A stretch of DNA of 64,000 nucleotides from Octopus sinensis. Lineage: Eukaryota. The notes below the pieces were generated by a model that was not told the origin of the DNA, searched no databases, and saw nothing but the letters and a program-made list of their open reading frames with translations. Below, one piece after another: positions 1 to 12,869 of the stretch. The translations under genes and the position numbers were made by a program. Position 1 is the first letter of the stretch; each line of letters starts with the position of its first letter. The stretch spans positions 184,140,001 to 184,204,000 of the forward strand of contig NC_042997.1 of NCBI RefSeq assembly GCF_006345805.1, written 5' to 3'.

Positions 1-599
1 GAAGAATATAAACAGGTGAAAATGTTAGTGCGCCAGCAGATGTATAACTAGTTTTAATTGTTGTTGACGGTGTTTGACCACTAAGGAATTTAACTTCCTG
101 CTTGTTTTGACAAGGAGGATGTTATTGTTCAGAGTTCAGTTGATCTTGTAGTTAGATGTGTTTATTTAGGTGTATCAGCTTTAGATCATGTTGCTTTTAG
201 TATAGATATTTAGTTATCTTGTGGTTTAGGAGTTCACAAAACAATGTAAGTGGGAAGGTTAGTTTGTCAGCATATTTCTTACTAGGATTTAATTGCTGAT
301 CTTTTTATTTGATTATTATTTAAAAATTCATTCTCTGTGTTTTGGGAAGATAGGAAGATAAAGCTTGACTATGCTGTTATAAATATTTCTTCTAGTGAGT
401 TTCAAGCGTGGGTATTGGTAAGGAAATTTTTAACACACACACACACACATACACACACACACACACACACATGAACACACACACACATTCACACGCACAC
501 ACACATGCATGCGCGTGCGTATGTAGCATGTATTTAAGTCTATGTACCTATTTTTGTGCTCATTTAGAAGTTTTTATGTTTGCAAAAAGTGACTAATTC

Positions 600-970
600 A
601 GATTTCAGTTCAGTATTTGATTTCTTAATATGAGAATGTGGTAAGAGTTATTGGTGTAAAGTGGGCTGGGTTTGCTGTTTCCTTGGTATGGTTGCGCGTG
701 TGACAATATTTTCTAATTAATGCTAAACGGGGTATTCTTCGATTTTAGTGGCCATATATGTTATGATAATGAAGTGTTATTTTCCCTATTTGGGTTGCGA
801 AAAGTATGTGAGCTTTGTTTGTATCGTATTTTGAATTTGTTTACTATATGCCCTATATATGTGAATGTAGTAGATGGTTTAGTATTCGTGGTTCAGTTAG
901 GCTATTGAACAATATTACTTATGTGACAGTTTCCGTTTAGTGGGAAGAATGGAGAGGTTCTGAAGTTGCA
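600..970 (-). mobile_element. Decayed Penelope-like element, GIY-YIG endonuclease region
   Basis: Manual minus-strand translation CNFRTSPFFPLNGNCHISNIVQ*...TYIGHIVNKFKIRY...NTSLS*HIWPLK...FSIN*KILSHAQPY matches the PLE pattern CNCR..CPLxGxC..NIVY..YIG..FKxRY..LSKHIWxLK; in-frame stops. Confidence 0.8.
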
Positions 971-1276
971 CTTTTTGCTGGTGTTTTTGGTTTTTACCTT
1001 CTGAAAGTTTTAAGTGGTTGTAATTGGTTACAGTTTATTCCAAGTTGTTCGTTGTGGAATATGATATTTTTTGTTGTGTTTGTTTATAAATTTGAAGTTG
1101 TGGGTGGAAGCACAGTCACCATCCTTCTCGTGTTCTGCAAAAAGTATTGAACCCCCCGCCCCCCGCAACATGCATCAGAAATGGAATACAAAAACCCGTT
1201 GACAAATGTTAGTGATTCTGAACGAGAAGGGAGGGATAACTTTAAGAATTTAAAACAAAAATTCTTGATTGGATTT

Positions 1277-1605
1277 TCTTAAAAGACTCCGCCGGTTACG
1301 ACGACGAGGGTCCCAGCTGATACGATCAACGGAACAGCTTGCTCGTGAAATTAACGTGCAAATGGCTGAGCATTCCACAGACACGTGTACCCTTAACGTA
1401 GTTCTCGGGGATAATCAGCGTGACACAGAGAGTGACAAGGCTGACCCTTTGAAATACAAGTACAACTCATTTTTGCCAGCTGAGTGGACTGGAGCAACGT
1501 GAAATAAAGTGTCTTGCTCAAGGACACAACGCGTCGCCGGGAATCGAACTCACAACCTTACGATCATGAGCCGAATGCCCTAACCACTAAGCCACGCGCC
1601 CTCAC
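1277..1605 (-). mobile_element. tRNA-derived SINE with CORE-like centre (group C; head H2, tail T1)
   Basis: Minus strand has A box TGGCTTAGTGG, B box GTTCGATTCC and tgtgtccttgagcaagacacttt; 11-bp TSD tgattggattt at 1266-1276 and 1606-1616. Confidence 0.9.
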
Positions 1606-1644
1606 TGATTGGATTTACATGCAGCAGAAAAGTACAGTTTAATC

Positions 1645-1967
1645 AATAGTCTTTTCAAATGGCTAATAATGTGTGCTCGCACCGCTACTACACACATTGG
1701 AAAGAATTGTACAACCAGGCATTAAAGAAGGTCTTTCCTCCTCCGTGAAACAAAGCTGTTCCCGCTGGACGTCAACCCAGTAGGAAATTTCTACTCTTCT
1801 CCTCTGGAAGCCATCTACTCGCGATACCAGAGGGCGCACGCTCTCCTACCCTGATGTAATACAGGCATCCAGCAACAGGACCTCCGTAATGCTATGATGG
1901 ACCGTGAAGTCTGGCGTAGCATGGTAAATTCCATTGTCTCGACCACGGTCGAACAATGATGATGATG
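1645..1967 (+). mobile_element. Short RTE/RTEX-type LINE derivative (ORF2 C-terminus plus (TGA)n tail)
   Basis: Encodes LLLWKPSTRDTRGRTLSYPDVI / GIQQQDLRNAMMDREVWRSMVNSIVSTTVEQ* then tgatgatgatg; 11-bp TSD acagtttaatc at 1634-1644 and 1968-1978. Confidence 0.8.
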
Positions 1968-3761
1968 ACAGTTTAATCTTCGGTTTTTATATAAAATTGT
2001 TTTTATTATACATCGACATGAAAGGAAATATCAATATATGTATATATAGATGCACGCAATATTAATATACATGTATTAATATTACATTACACACACACAT
2101 ACACACACACACACAAACACACACACACCACACACACACACAGAGACAAACACGCTCACACACACACAAACACACACACACAAACACACGCGTGTGTATA
2201 TATGTGATTTGTAATTTGTCTTTAATCTTTTAATCTTTGTAAATAATTTGGTATTAAAATATATTAACCCGGTGTGTGTAATTGTGTTTATGCGTCTCTA
2301 TGTGGCTACGTGTGTATAATCTCATAAGCTGACATACACAGGTACACACATAGATGCAGTTATACATAGTTACTGTATATATACATACATAGGTTTAAAT
2401 GTACGCACACACACTCGCGCTCGTGCACGCACACACACGTATGTAAGTTAAGAAGGTGCACTGAATGGCCATACACAATAAATTCTTAATTTTTGAAAGA
2501 CTTCCCCCCAACATGCATCAGGAGGAATACAAAAACCCATTAACAAATGTTAGTGATTCTGAACGAGAAGGGGGAGATAACTTAAGAATTTAAAACAAAA
2601 TTTCTTGAGTGGATTTACATGCAGGAGCAAAGTACAGTTTAATCTTTGTTTGGAAACTGAGGACAACTATGGACATGTGTTTTGGCATAATATATGGCTT
2701 CATCAGTCCTTCCGTGTATAGCATTCAGTTGACGCTTAGAGTTTTTTTTCTTAGCTCATTTTAGATTTAGTTTTGCACATTACCCTTGACCAAAAATATA
2801 TGAAATTATTTCATGTAAAATATATATTAAACATATCTGCAGCTATCAACACTAGTAGAAGTCACTTATTATGTCCACTTTGGGGCAAAGCCTTCCAGAT
2901 AACAATATCCCTAATTAAAACCATTATACAGAGCGTATAACAATATCATGAACGTATTTGAGGTCCACTAACTGATGACAATTTGATAAATGTTTGATAA
3001 CATTACCTGTAATTAGAAATAAATGTTAGATTATTGGACAATATCGTGCGTAGTATTTGTTCCGACTTTCTGCACTTTCAAATCCCTCTGGGGCCAATGT
3101 TTACCTTTCGCCTTTTGGGGGTCGATAAAAACGTACCAGTCTAGAGTAGTGAAGTGTGAGAATTGTATGCTTCAGATGTGATGCCTTGCGGTATCTGTTC
3201 CAGTTCTGTAATGCTTCTGTTAAGAGTTGCGACAGCCAGACAAAAATCGGCAATTTGAAAATACTAATGGAGACATAATTTCCATTAGTTCGATCGGAAG
3301 ATTGACTGCCAACCCCACTACAACCACCACAATAAATAAGCAGCTTTTATAGTATATCATAAGCAGATTAAACTGTAGGCTGTTAAACATTAATTTTATC
3401 CACTCCACTCCATGTTAATCGAAGAACAAACGAGGTTTAGGGACATCTATTTCATAGACGATGTTGTCTCGGCATAGAGATAGAAGGCAAGATACTAACT
3501 GCATAAAATTAAATATATGAGGATTTAAGGTTCTGTGTTTCTTATCTTGCCTCTGACACTGTTTTCTAATACATTCCAATGCTCAATCTAACTAGTTGTA
3601 AATAATTACCCTGCACAGTACTGTTGTGAGCAGAAATAGCATTGCATAATTGATTTCTGCTAAGTTGTAGTCTTGATTTAAAAAAAAACTTAAATCCCTT
3701 CTGAGGTGTCGGTTGTGAAGGTAATGGATTCCACCTTGTTCTAGGATATTCTATACAATGA

Positions 3762-3994
3762 AAGGCGGCGAGCTGGCAGAAACGTTAGCACGCCGGGCGA
3801 AATGATTAGTGGTATTTCGTCTGCCGCTACGTTCTGAGTTCAAATTCCGCCGAGGTCGACTTTGCCTTTCATCCTTTCGGGGTCGATTAAATAAGTACCA
3901 GTTACGCATTGGGGTCGATATAATCGACTTAATCCGTTTGTCTGTCCTTGTTTGTCCTCTCTGTGTTTAGCTCCTTGTGGGTAGTAAAGAAATA
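3762..3994 (+). mobile_element. tRNA-derived SINE group A, full-length monomer
   Basis: Head aaggcggcgagctggcagaaacgttagc, B box gttcaaattcc, central gcctttcatcctttcggggtcgat..aagtaccag (resembles the Meta/MESC SINE domain, from memory); 17-bp TSD with one mismatch at 3745-3761 and 3995-4011. Confidence 0.9.
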
Positions 3995-4563
3995 GATATC
4001 CTATACAATGACTAAGTCTTCTAGTGGTGCTAATACGATCAAATGCTTTCCATAACACTCTTACATATGCAAGTGTCGAAATCTCGTGTGTGTCTAGTGA
4101 TCACACTGAACTCACATGTAAGCATGGGAAAGTGTGTTTGTGTATGAGAGAAAGAGAGAGAGAGAGAGGAGGGTGAGGAGAGGGAGAGAGAAACTCTTTA
4201 TGTGTAAATAGTGGTTTAGTACTACAAGAATAATAAATTTGAAAGTTTCCTCATTGTAATATATTTATTTAATTCAACGATAATGTTGGTTTCTTTGATT
4301 GTCACTGATATCAAATTTATATAGAATTGCACATAGGTAGCGTTATTTCGGTAGTAATTCTTTTTTAGAACTATTCTCTGTATATAGTTTGTAAGTGTAT
4401 ATACGTGTGTATTTAAACTACATATATTTATTTATTCTATAATTAAGTGTAATTCGATTTGTTTCCGAGTAAGTCGTTGTCCGTTTATTTATAATTAGTT
4501 ATTTACTCTCTTCGTAGTTAAGAAGTGTTAGTAATTACTTCTTTTAATTATATAATATATATT

Positions 4564-4597
<34 letters not shown>

Positions 4598-4615
4598 ATA
4601 TATATATATATATAT

Positions 4616-4847
4616 TGTAACGACCACATCACTGCCACCATCTAGTAAAAAAAAGTGTTGGTGGACCCCGTGTCCCAGAAAATACTAGCAAATGTCTGAA
4701 ATACCAGGGAAAACAAACATAGACAAGTACAATTTCGCCATTGTCAAATGTATGGACCTACCGCTGCTCCTCTCAAACCGTAACTCTCTCCATTCCACAT
4801 TTCCTAAAACACTAAGGAAGACTAAAGGAGTAGGGCATGGTGATACA
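4616..4847. mobile_element. Possible solo LTR between microsatellites
   Basis: Unique ~230-bp block with TGTAAC...GATACA termini between (TA)n and (CA)n; no TSD resolvable. Confidence 0.25.
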
Positions 4848-4858
4848 CACACACACAC

Positions 4859-4917
<59 letters not shown>

Positions 4918-5619
4918 TATTTTAAAATCTTAATTTAACTCTTTTTTCCTTTTTTATTGTTTCACTTTCGGTAAGTAGTTTATTAGGTTAATATATTTTG
5001 TATTATTGAATTTGTTTCATGAATATTGATCTAAGCTTGTCCTTTTCCTTGTACATAGTTCGAGGACGTTCTTTACGAGATGTACTGTCCAAATAATCGT
5101 TATTAGGTTTGTTTCAGACTGCGGTATCATGAACGTGATGTGATTTTCATGAGAAACAAAGTATCTTGTTGTCTACGTGTGTTGTATTGTCTGAATGTCG
5201 TTTTGAAATTAGTTCTTTTTTTATAATACTATTTTGTAGCTATAAGTTATCAGTATTTGTTTAGTGTTATGTTGTTACTTGTGGTAATAAACAGGTGGAT
5301 TCCCGGGCAGCGTTTATATTTTTAACGCTGTTGACACCGCCGGACTGAATGGTACTGCCGAGGTATCGAAACCATAGTGATATCCGATTGGGCAGCAGAT
5401 GACAGGAATGTACATATGTTATGCTCGGTTGCGAATTTCTTATTCTTAGTCTCGTTATTTTGGGTTTTCCTCCATTCTTGAAAAGTGGAAAGTGTTCGTG
5501 GATTCATAGTTTGTGGGGATCGTTTAGTTTGGAATTGTTTGGTTTTCGTTGTAGCAACCTAATTGTGCTTGGACAAGGCTCACATACTGGTGTCTAGTTT
5601 TGGGAGGTACTGTAGCATA

Positions 5620-5840
5620 CATTGGCGAAAATAAATTTAAGACCGATGATAAAAGTTCTATTTCTTACAAAATATTGTGTTACTAACATCATACAAATTC
5701 GTTTTATCTTCTACACCTTATGCAGGATATATTTCTCTTTCGAATGATGCAGAGAATAACTATTTTTATACAACTTGAAGAATTCTAATGCTAAATTAAT
5801 ATAAACGTTTCAAATTTACCGGCAAAATTAGTTTAAGACC
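5620..5840 (+). mobile_element. Tc1-like IR/DR terminal arm, solo copy 1
   Basis: Follows TA; outer ggcgaaaataaatttaagacc and inner ggcaaaattagtttaagacc repeats; homologous to 51897-52117. Confidence 0.6.
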
Positions 5841-6025
5841 ATTTAACATGTATGCAAATTTTTTTGCCAAAATGGGTGGTCACACAACTAGCCTAACTGC
5901 GCTATATAGTGTTATAATTTAACGTTATTATACAATTGTTATATGCATAGTTAAATTTATGTATACTTTACTCAGTATTCTCCTAAGTAAACGACTTGTC
6001 AGTAACTGAACGAAATATATACATA

Positions 6026-6254
6026 CAGGGTTGGCCAAAAGTCATCTGACAGTAGATCAATAGCATTTAATTCCAAGATTTATGTTTAACAACTGAATGA
6101 ATTTAATAAAAGTGTCTAAATAGGAAACATCATGAAAATTGTTCAAACTGAAATTCTCCTTGAGTGACACATTTTCCCATTCGAGTCAATACAGAATTAC
6201 AGATAGTATTTATGGAATTTTGATTTACCGTCGGGTGACTTTTGGCCATCCTTG
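6026..6254. mobile_element. Tc1/mariner-type MITE
   Basis: TIRs cagggttggccaaaagtcatctgacagta and taccgtcgggtgacttttggccatccttg, TA on both sides. Confidence 0.8.
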
Positions 6255-6294
6255 TATATAAATATACATACAAACATACAGATGTGTGCGTGTA

Positions 6295-6540
6295 TCGTCC
6301 CTATCATATCACTGACACTTTTACCTGCACTTCTAGCAACGTCATTTACTGCATCTATTCTTCCTGTCCTTCTCTGTACATCGGTCAAACGGGACACCAC
6401 TTGGCTGACCAGTTCGCGGAGCACCTCCGAGACATTAGACTCGGCAATGACACCCCAGTCTCGCGCCGTCTCCGCTCTACCGGTCATTCATTACAACACC
6501 TGTCTGTGTTCGGATTGTCTTTGCACAGAGGCCATCCGAA
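6295..6540 (+). mobile_element. Penelope-like element GIY-YIG endonuclease fragment
   Basis: ORF 6242-6667 contains FTCTSSNVIYCIYSSCPSLYIGQTGHHLADQFAEHLRDIR...TPVSR. Confidence 0.9.
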
Positions 6541-7112
6541 CTTTGTATGTTTTTGCATACAGAATTCAAAAATAATGTCAAATTATCTGTATCATCCACA
6601 GTTTCTCTGTTCCACGATATCCCTCTCAATTCCTGTTACGTGGGCTAAATTTCAGTTAAGTTGTTGAAATGTGAAGCTAACGGTTTAAGAAATACTCCTA
6701 ATTAAAATTTTTATGAATAGAATTAACCTAGTGAAATCATAAATCCAGCTATCTGTGTCAATGAGTCCCAAAAATATATGAATTGAAAAATATGTAAAAA
6801 TACAAACACACAGAAAAAGCACAGAAAAATACTAACTAACACATAGAAGCACAGTAAACTATATAATGTACTAACACACAGAAAAATTAAAACAAAATAC
6901 GCAGGTGAAATCAACATAGACAACAGCGGCACAGACAACACTGAACCACAATACAGCGTACGGTTGCCATGGTAACCAGCTGCTAATGCCAGGTTGTCTC
7001 AGATTCTTTAATTTACGAGGTAAGGTAATTGGTTGATCGTAATCAAAATTGAAAGCAATCTGAGTAAAATTAGGGGGGGGGGCATATTTTGCGAATGAGA
7101 AAGACTAGATCC

Positions 7113-7143
<31 letters not shown>

Positions 7144-7144
<1 letters not shown>

Positions 7145-7364
7145 CTCTTACTCTTTACTCTTTTACTTGTTTCAATCATTTGACTGCGGCCATCATGGAG
7201 CACCGCCTTTAGTCGAGCAAATCGACTCCAGGACTTATTCTTTGTAAGCCCAGTACTTATTCTATCGGTCTCTTTTTTTCCGAACCGCTAAGTGACGGGG
7301 ACGTAAATACACCAGCATCGGTTGTCAAGAAATGCTAGGGGGACAAACACAGACACACAACACA

Positions 7365-7460
<96 letters not shown>

Positions 7461-7475
7461 TACATATATATATAT

Positions 7476-7509
<34 letters not shown>

Positions 7510-7518
7510 CATATATAT

Positions 7519-7569
<51 letters not shown>

Positions 7570-7735
7570 TACGACAGGCTTCTTTCAGTTTCCGTCTACC
7601 AAATCCACTCACAAGGCATTGGTCAGCCCAGGGCTATAGCAGAAGACACTTGCCCAAGATGCCACGCAGTGGGACTGAACCCGGAATCATGTGGTTGGTT
7701 AGCAAGCTACTTACCACACAGCCACTCCCGCGCCT
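7144..7735 (-). mobile_element. tRNA-derived SINE group B with expanded internal (TA)n
   Basis: Minus strand head ggcgcgggagtggctgtgtggtaag, gttcagtccc, cttgggcaagtgtctt; central microsatellite; (AGAGTAA)-like tail; homologous to many other copies in the window. Confidence 0.9.
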
Positions 7736-8795
7736 ATATATAAACTAGTTGAAACAGGGACAACTGAAGAAGGGGAATATTCTTTATGATGTATGTCTCG
7801 TTTCTCTGTTTTTTTTGTTGTTCGAAAAAAAGGTTCGTTTCTATGTTTTTGTTTTTATGTTTTCGTTTCTCATTGTGTTCAACGTTTTTTTGATGTCCTG
7901 TACCCATATATGCATGTATATATACATATATATGTAGGCATGTACAGATACGTATGTATTTCTGCATATATTTATATATTATTTATATTATTATATGATT
8001 GAACGCCACGCATCCTTTTCCAAGTAAGTTTTACCTATATAAACACATATACGGACAGCTCCCTCTGAATGCATACACATGTACACGAATACCGTCACCC
8101 ACGCTGACCAACTAGCACACCCAGTATATCCACTTTTTGCACTGACATACGACTCGACGACGACGGCGAAGACGACACACCACCACACTACCACCGGCTC
8201 CGCCGCTTCCACCGCCCCTCTCTTTGCCATTCCCACTACCGCTGTCGCTGCCTTCGCCTTTACCTACATCACCTATAGCACGTAGGAACATGCTTTGTCT
8301 TTGATATCCGTTGTCAATGCACCAACAGTAGTAGTTGTATTGCGGTTTACTTAACAAATTTTTTATTTAATGACATTGATAAGGCGGTGTGTTGGCAGAA
8401 TCGTTAGCACGCTTGAAGAACAGCTTAGCGGCATTTCGTCCGTCTTTGCATTCTGAGTTCACATTCTGCCGAGGTCGACCTTGCTTTACATCCTCTCGGG
8501 GTAAAATAAGTACCAGATGAGTAATGGGGGCGAGGTAATCGACTATACCCTTTCCTCAAATTTCAGGCCTTGTGCCTATAGTAGAAAGGATTTTAATGAC
8601 ATTGGTTCTTAAAAACGGATAATTTTAAATTTATTTATATAAGAGAGTATAGGATCCGACGAAATCAAAAAGAATTTTATATCATATTCTGACTTCAGTT
8701 TTGGTACTGATTCTCCTTCCCAGTAATTACTCTGTTGTCATTCTGAAAATTTCTTTAAAATAACAGCCATAAATAATCATAAATATATATATATC

Positions 8796-9058
8796 ATCGT
8801 GACCGACCAGGCTATCAGATGTTGCTACACATCGCTGGTCACAATGCGCTTCGCATTGTTTTAGCCTTCAAATAACGCCACTCCGCTGGCTAAGCGAGCA
8901 GGCCAACAGAAGAAAGAGTGAGAGAAAGTTGTGGCGAAAGAGTGCAGCAGGGATGCCCCCCCCCACTGCCGGAGCTCAATAAACACTCACAACGCCCAGT
9001 CTGGGAATCGAAACCGCGATCCTACAACCGCGGGTCCGCTGTCCTAAGCACTGGGCCA
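8796..9058 (-). mobile_element. tRNA-derived SINE group C (head H1, tail T2)
   Basis: Head shared with 38310 copy (tggcccagtg..gtttcgattcccagac..gtgagtgtttattgagc) but a different 3' part. Confidence 0.8.
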
Positions 9059-10108
9059 TATACACACACATCTATATTTAATTAGAAGTGTGATTGACTT
9101 CACAGTGTGTCAGGTACTTTATTTATTGACGCTGAAAGGATGAAAAACAAAGCTGATTTCGGTGGGATCTGAATACCAAAGACCCGGAATAAATAACGGA
9201 AGGTAATTCTATCCTTCATTGCCAACTTGCTTATACTTTAGTATCAGTTATAGTCTTTGCATATTTGTCCAGAAATATTGATTTCGCTAGAATCAAAGTA
9301 ATTTTACTTACACTTTCTTTTATAATATTCATATTCCGTATTCTAGATTACGAAGTGAAATCTACAAGATATTAAAGAAAAAAGTGATTTCTTTTTTATA
9401 TTTGCTAAGGAAATATCAGATAAAGAAGTAAATAAAATATGAATGACTGCAGTTATTGAATTTCTCTTCAGCGAAGGACTACCTGTCTGCTAAAAATGTA
9501 ATAAAAAATTGAAATGCCAAGCAAAGGCTTACAGTTAACTAACCATACACGAAATAAATCGACTTAAGAAGGGATCTTGTAGGTAGTTCGATCTACTAGA
9601 AATATCGAAGCTTATTGTTTTAAAGAAAAGGAAGACCTCATTGGATAATTTAGTCTAAGATACGTATAGGTTTGTTGACGGCAGAATTGTTAGACCTGAA
9701 AAAAAAAACAAAAAACCTTGCAGTTCGTGTTCTGGTTTTTTATCATTCTGCGTTCCAGTTCGACGATGATCAACTTTTCTTTTCATCCTTACGAGGCCGA
9801 TTAATATATACGAAATCTGTTGAACTACAAGGGTCGATTTAGCCAAATACGAATTAGTAGCTGTAATCCATAGAGTAGTCCGGCGTTGCCTTAAACTTTG
9901 TTTCAGCAATTCTTGTGAAACAACGGTGATCAACCGTATTAGTCCTTGTCGCCTCACTTTGGACAATATCAGCAGTGTAGAGAGGGTTGGTATGTAGTAT
10001 GTGCAACTGTAGGTCTTCCATACATCTTTCTCTGATCTACCAACACAAATCTGAGTGTGACTTTTCAGGTACAGATCTGTGGAGTCACGATACTTAAGGT
10101 CGCCAAAG

Positions 10109-10152
<44 letters not shown>

Positions 10153-10224
10153 GTTTGAAAATTAAATGGGATAGTCGTAGCCGGATGGATTGTCTTTGAC
10201 TGTAAAAAATGGATGAATTCATCT

Positions 10225-10374
10225 ATTTCTTTACTACCCACAAGGGGCTAAACATAGAGTGAACAAACAAGGACAGAGAAACGGATTAAGTCGATTATAT
10301 CGACCCCAGTGCGTAACTGGTACTTAATTTATCGACCCCGAAAGGATGAAAGGCAAAGTTGACCTCGGCGGAAT
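10225..10374 (-). mobile_element. 5'-truncated SINE group A
   Basis: 18-bp TSD aaatggatgaattcatct at 10207-10224 and 10375-10392. Confidence 0.9.
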
Positions 10375-10675
10375 AAATGGATGAATTCATCTGTCAACTC
10401 TTAACCAACTTATTACAAAAGAAAAAAAATACTAGATACTTTTCACAGCCAGAAACTCAGGAAGAGAAGGAAGTACTGAATGAAAAGTTATACTAATAGT
10501 ATGGTTAGCGCCAGGGTAAATGAAAGAACAAAGCATTTAGTTTGTGGAATTAATAAAGGAGTCATTTGTGTAAAAACATGGCATGTTTAAATTCAGGCCA
10601 GTTAGGCACCAGTGACTAGATCTTTTAAGAAAGATAATAATAAACTCTAGTGTAATGTTGTTGCTTTATATAGTA

Positions 10676-11059
10676 CCAGCAGTATCGCCCGGCGTTGCTC
10701 GGGTTTGTTTCGACCCTTTAAAATTGGAATTTTTGAAAAAGTAAAAGTTTTGCATTATGTAACTTGTTATTCTCTTTAAGTGAACATTTTTCTGGTTGAA
10801 ATACACCGAAAAATGGCGACACAGCAGTCACAAAATCATAAGAAATAGGGATTTTGATAGAAAAAAAAGCACCTTTTTATGTTAATAATTTTTGGTGTTA
10901 ACATGGTCCGATTTGAATTTTTGCTTCTTCGGAAGGAAGAGCAAGCCTTCTTCTATCATACTTTCAATTTTGGTCAACTTGCGCCGCAGGGTTTCGGAAG
11001 AGATAGTGTTAGATGAAGCCCGCCATACACAGACAACTTCAGCTTTATATATAGAGAGA
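10676..11059 (-). mobile_element. Non-autonomous Helitron
   Basis: Minus strand starts TCTCTCTATATATAAAG, ends with hairpin cccgagcaacgccggg and CTGG (CTRR); inserted between A and T, no TSD. Confidence 0.85.
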
Positions 11060-11420
11060 TTTCAAACCGAAAACATTTACTACTCGATTGTCTTAGATGA
11101 CTCCTATAATATTTCTGACAAAGCGCAAGTTATATTTTTGATCTTATAATAATTAGGTTAAATTTTAATCGTGTAATAATTACCTAACTTCATTGTTCCA
11201 AAGAGTTACTAGCTTTTGATACCGCTACAGAAGTTGAACTGAAATTTAGTAATTTACTAGCACTGACGATACATAACGAAGGATTTGGTGTGTTACTACA
11301 AAATGAATTTCCAGATTCAGATACTTTGATGTCACTTCACTTTATTTTGAATAGACAGCACCACCGTGTCAGAACCTACTTTTTAATCGATACATTAAAG
11401 TTATAAATATTATAACTACA

Positions 11421-11586
11421 TAGGCGCAGGTGCGGCTGTGTGGTAAGTAGCTTGTTTACCAACCACATGGTTCCGGGTTCAGTCCCACTGCGTGGCACCT
11501 TGGCAAGTGTCTTCTACTATAGCCTCGGGCCGACCAAAGCCTTGTGAGTGGATTTGGTAGACGGGAACTGAAAGAAGCCCGTCGTA

Positions 11587-11647
<61 letters not shown>

Positions 11648-11871
11648 CATGTGTGTGTTTGTGTGTCTGTGTTTGTCTCCCTAGCATTGCTTGACAACCG
11701 ATGCTGGTGTATTTATGTTCCCGTTACTTAGCGGCTCGGCAAAAGAGACCGATAGAATAAGTACTGGGCTTACAAAAGAATAAGTCCCGGGATCGAGTTG
11801 ATCGATTAAAGGCGGTGCTCCAGCATGGCCGCAGTCAAATGACTCAAACAAGTAAAAGAGTAAAGAGAGTA
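11421..11871 (+). mobile_element. SINE group B, full length
   Basis: taggcgcagg head, internal (TA)n/(TG)n, tail gtaaaagagtaaagagagt. Confidence 0.9.
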
Positions 11872-12869
11872 TTCCGACGAATGCAATATGGCACCTCTAA
11901 TTTCGTAACATACTTAATCTCTTTCAAACATTAGTTTCAAATTTCTTATTCAAATATTGGTTTCGGGAGAGAGAGAAGGTCGATTATATCGGCCCCAGTG
12001 CTCAAGTGGTACTTATTTTATCGACCGCGAAAGAATGAAAGGAAAAGTCGACCTCTACTGAATTTGAACTCAGAATGTGAAAACGGACGAAATATCACTC
12101 AGTATTTTGCCCGGTATGCTAATGATTCTGCCCGCTTGCCGTCTTAATCTTATTGAAATATTGAGTGGGCATCTTTATAGCGTTGAGAATCTGCTGTTTG
12201 TCTCAAGCAGAAATAATTATGTAATTTCTATGTTAGCGAAAACCAATCACAAGATTTCTTTTGAAGACTGATTCTAGAACACAAAGTAGCAAAAGAGAAT
12301 TTATGCAGAAATACTGTATTTTTAGATGATATAGTGTCAAAGAAAAATAACCTGAATTATTGCATTTTGCACTATATTATTTGCAAAACTATCATTTCAG
12401 AAAAAAATCAGATCTTTTACATAATAATCTAAGAACAAAACTTTCGTAAAGTGAAAGAGAAAAAAAATGTAATATGAACCGGATACAATCATTAGGAAAC
12501 CGTATGGGAAATATATGAAAACAACAACAAAGCAAAATAAAAAAAATATCTTAAATATCTTATTGAAAAATATAACGAGTTATTTGCAGGTTTTGAGAAA
12601 CGTGAATTGACACATCATGCAGAGTTAGCGTTTCAAACCTCAGCTGGCTGATGTATTCGAACCACTTAATAACTAACTGACGAAACTAATTGAGCTCTCG
12701 GATGATTACAATCAGGAATCTGATGATATAAAGGGTATTATTAATCTCTAGCCGAATTAATCGGCGTTGCCCGGGTTACTGATGTTCTTATTGAGATTAG
12801 TAAACAAGAAATATAATAATATATATTTTTTCTCATAATTATTTGAAAATATCTATATTTTATTAAAAA

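Noticed and set aside
3840-4058. Recurrent small ORFs ending ERMKGKVDLGGI or containing [12 protein letters not shown]
   Set aside because: Chance frames through multicopy SINEs, not a gene family
7770-7805. CTGAAGA...GTC in a pseudo-LTR-like stretch
   Set aside because: GAAA core absent; too decayed to call
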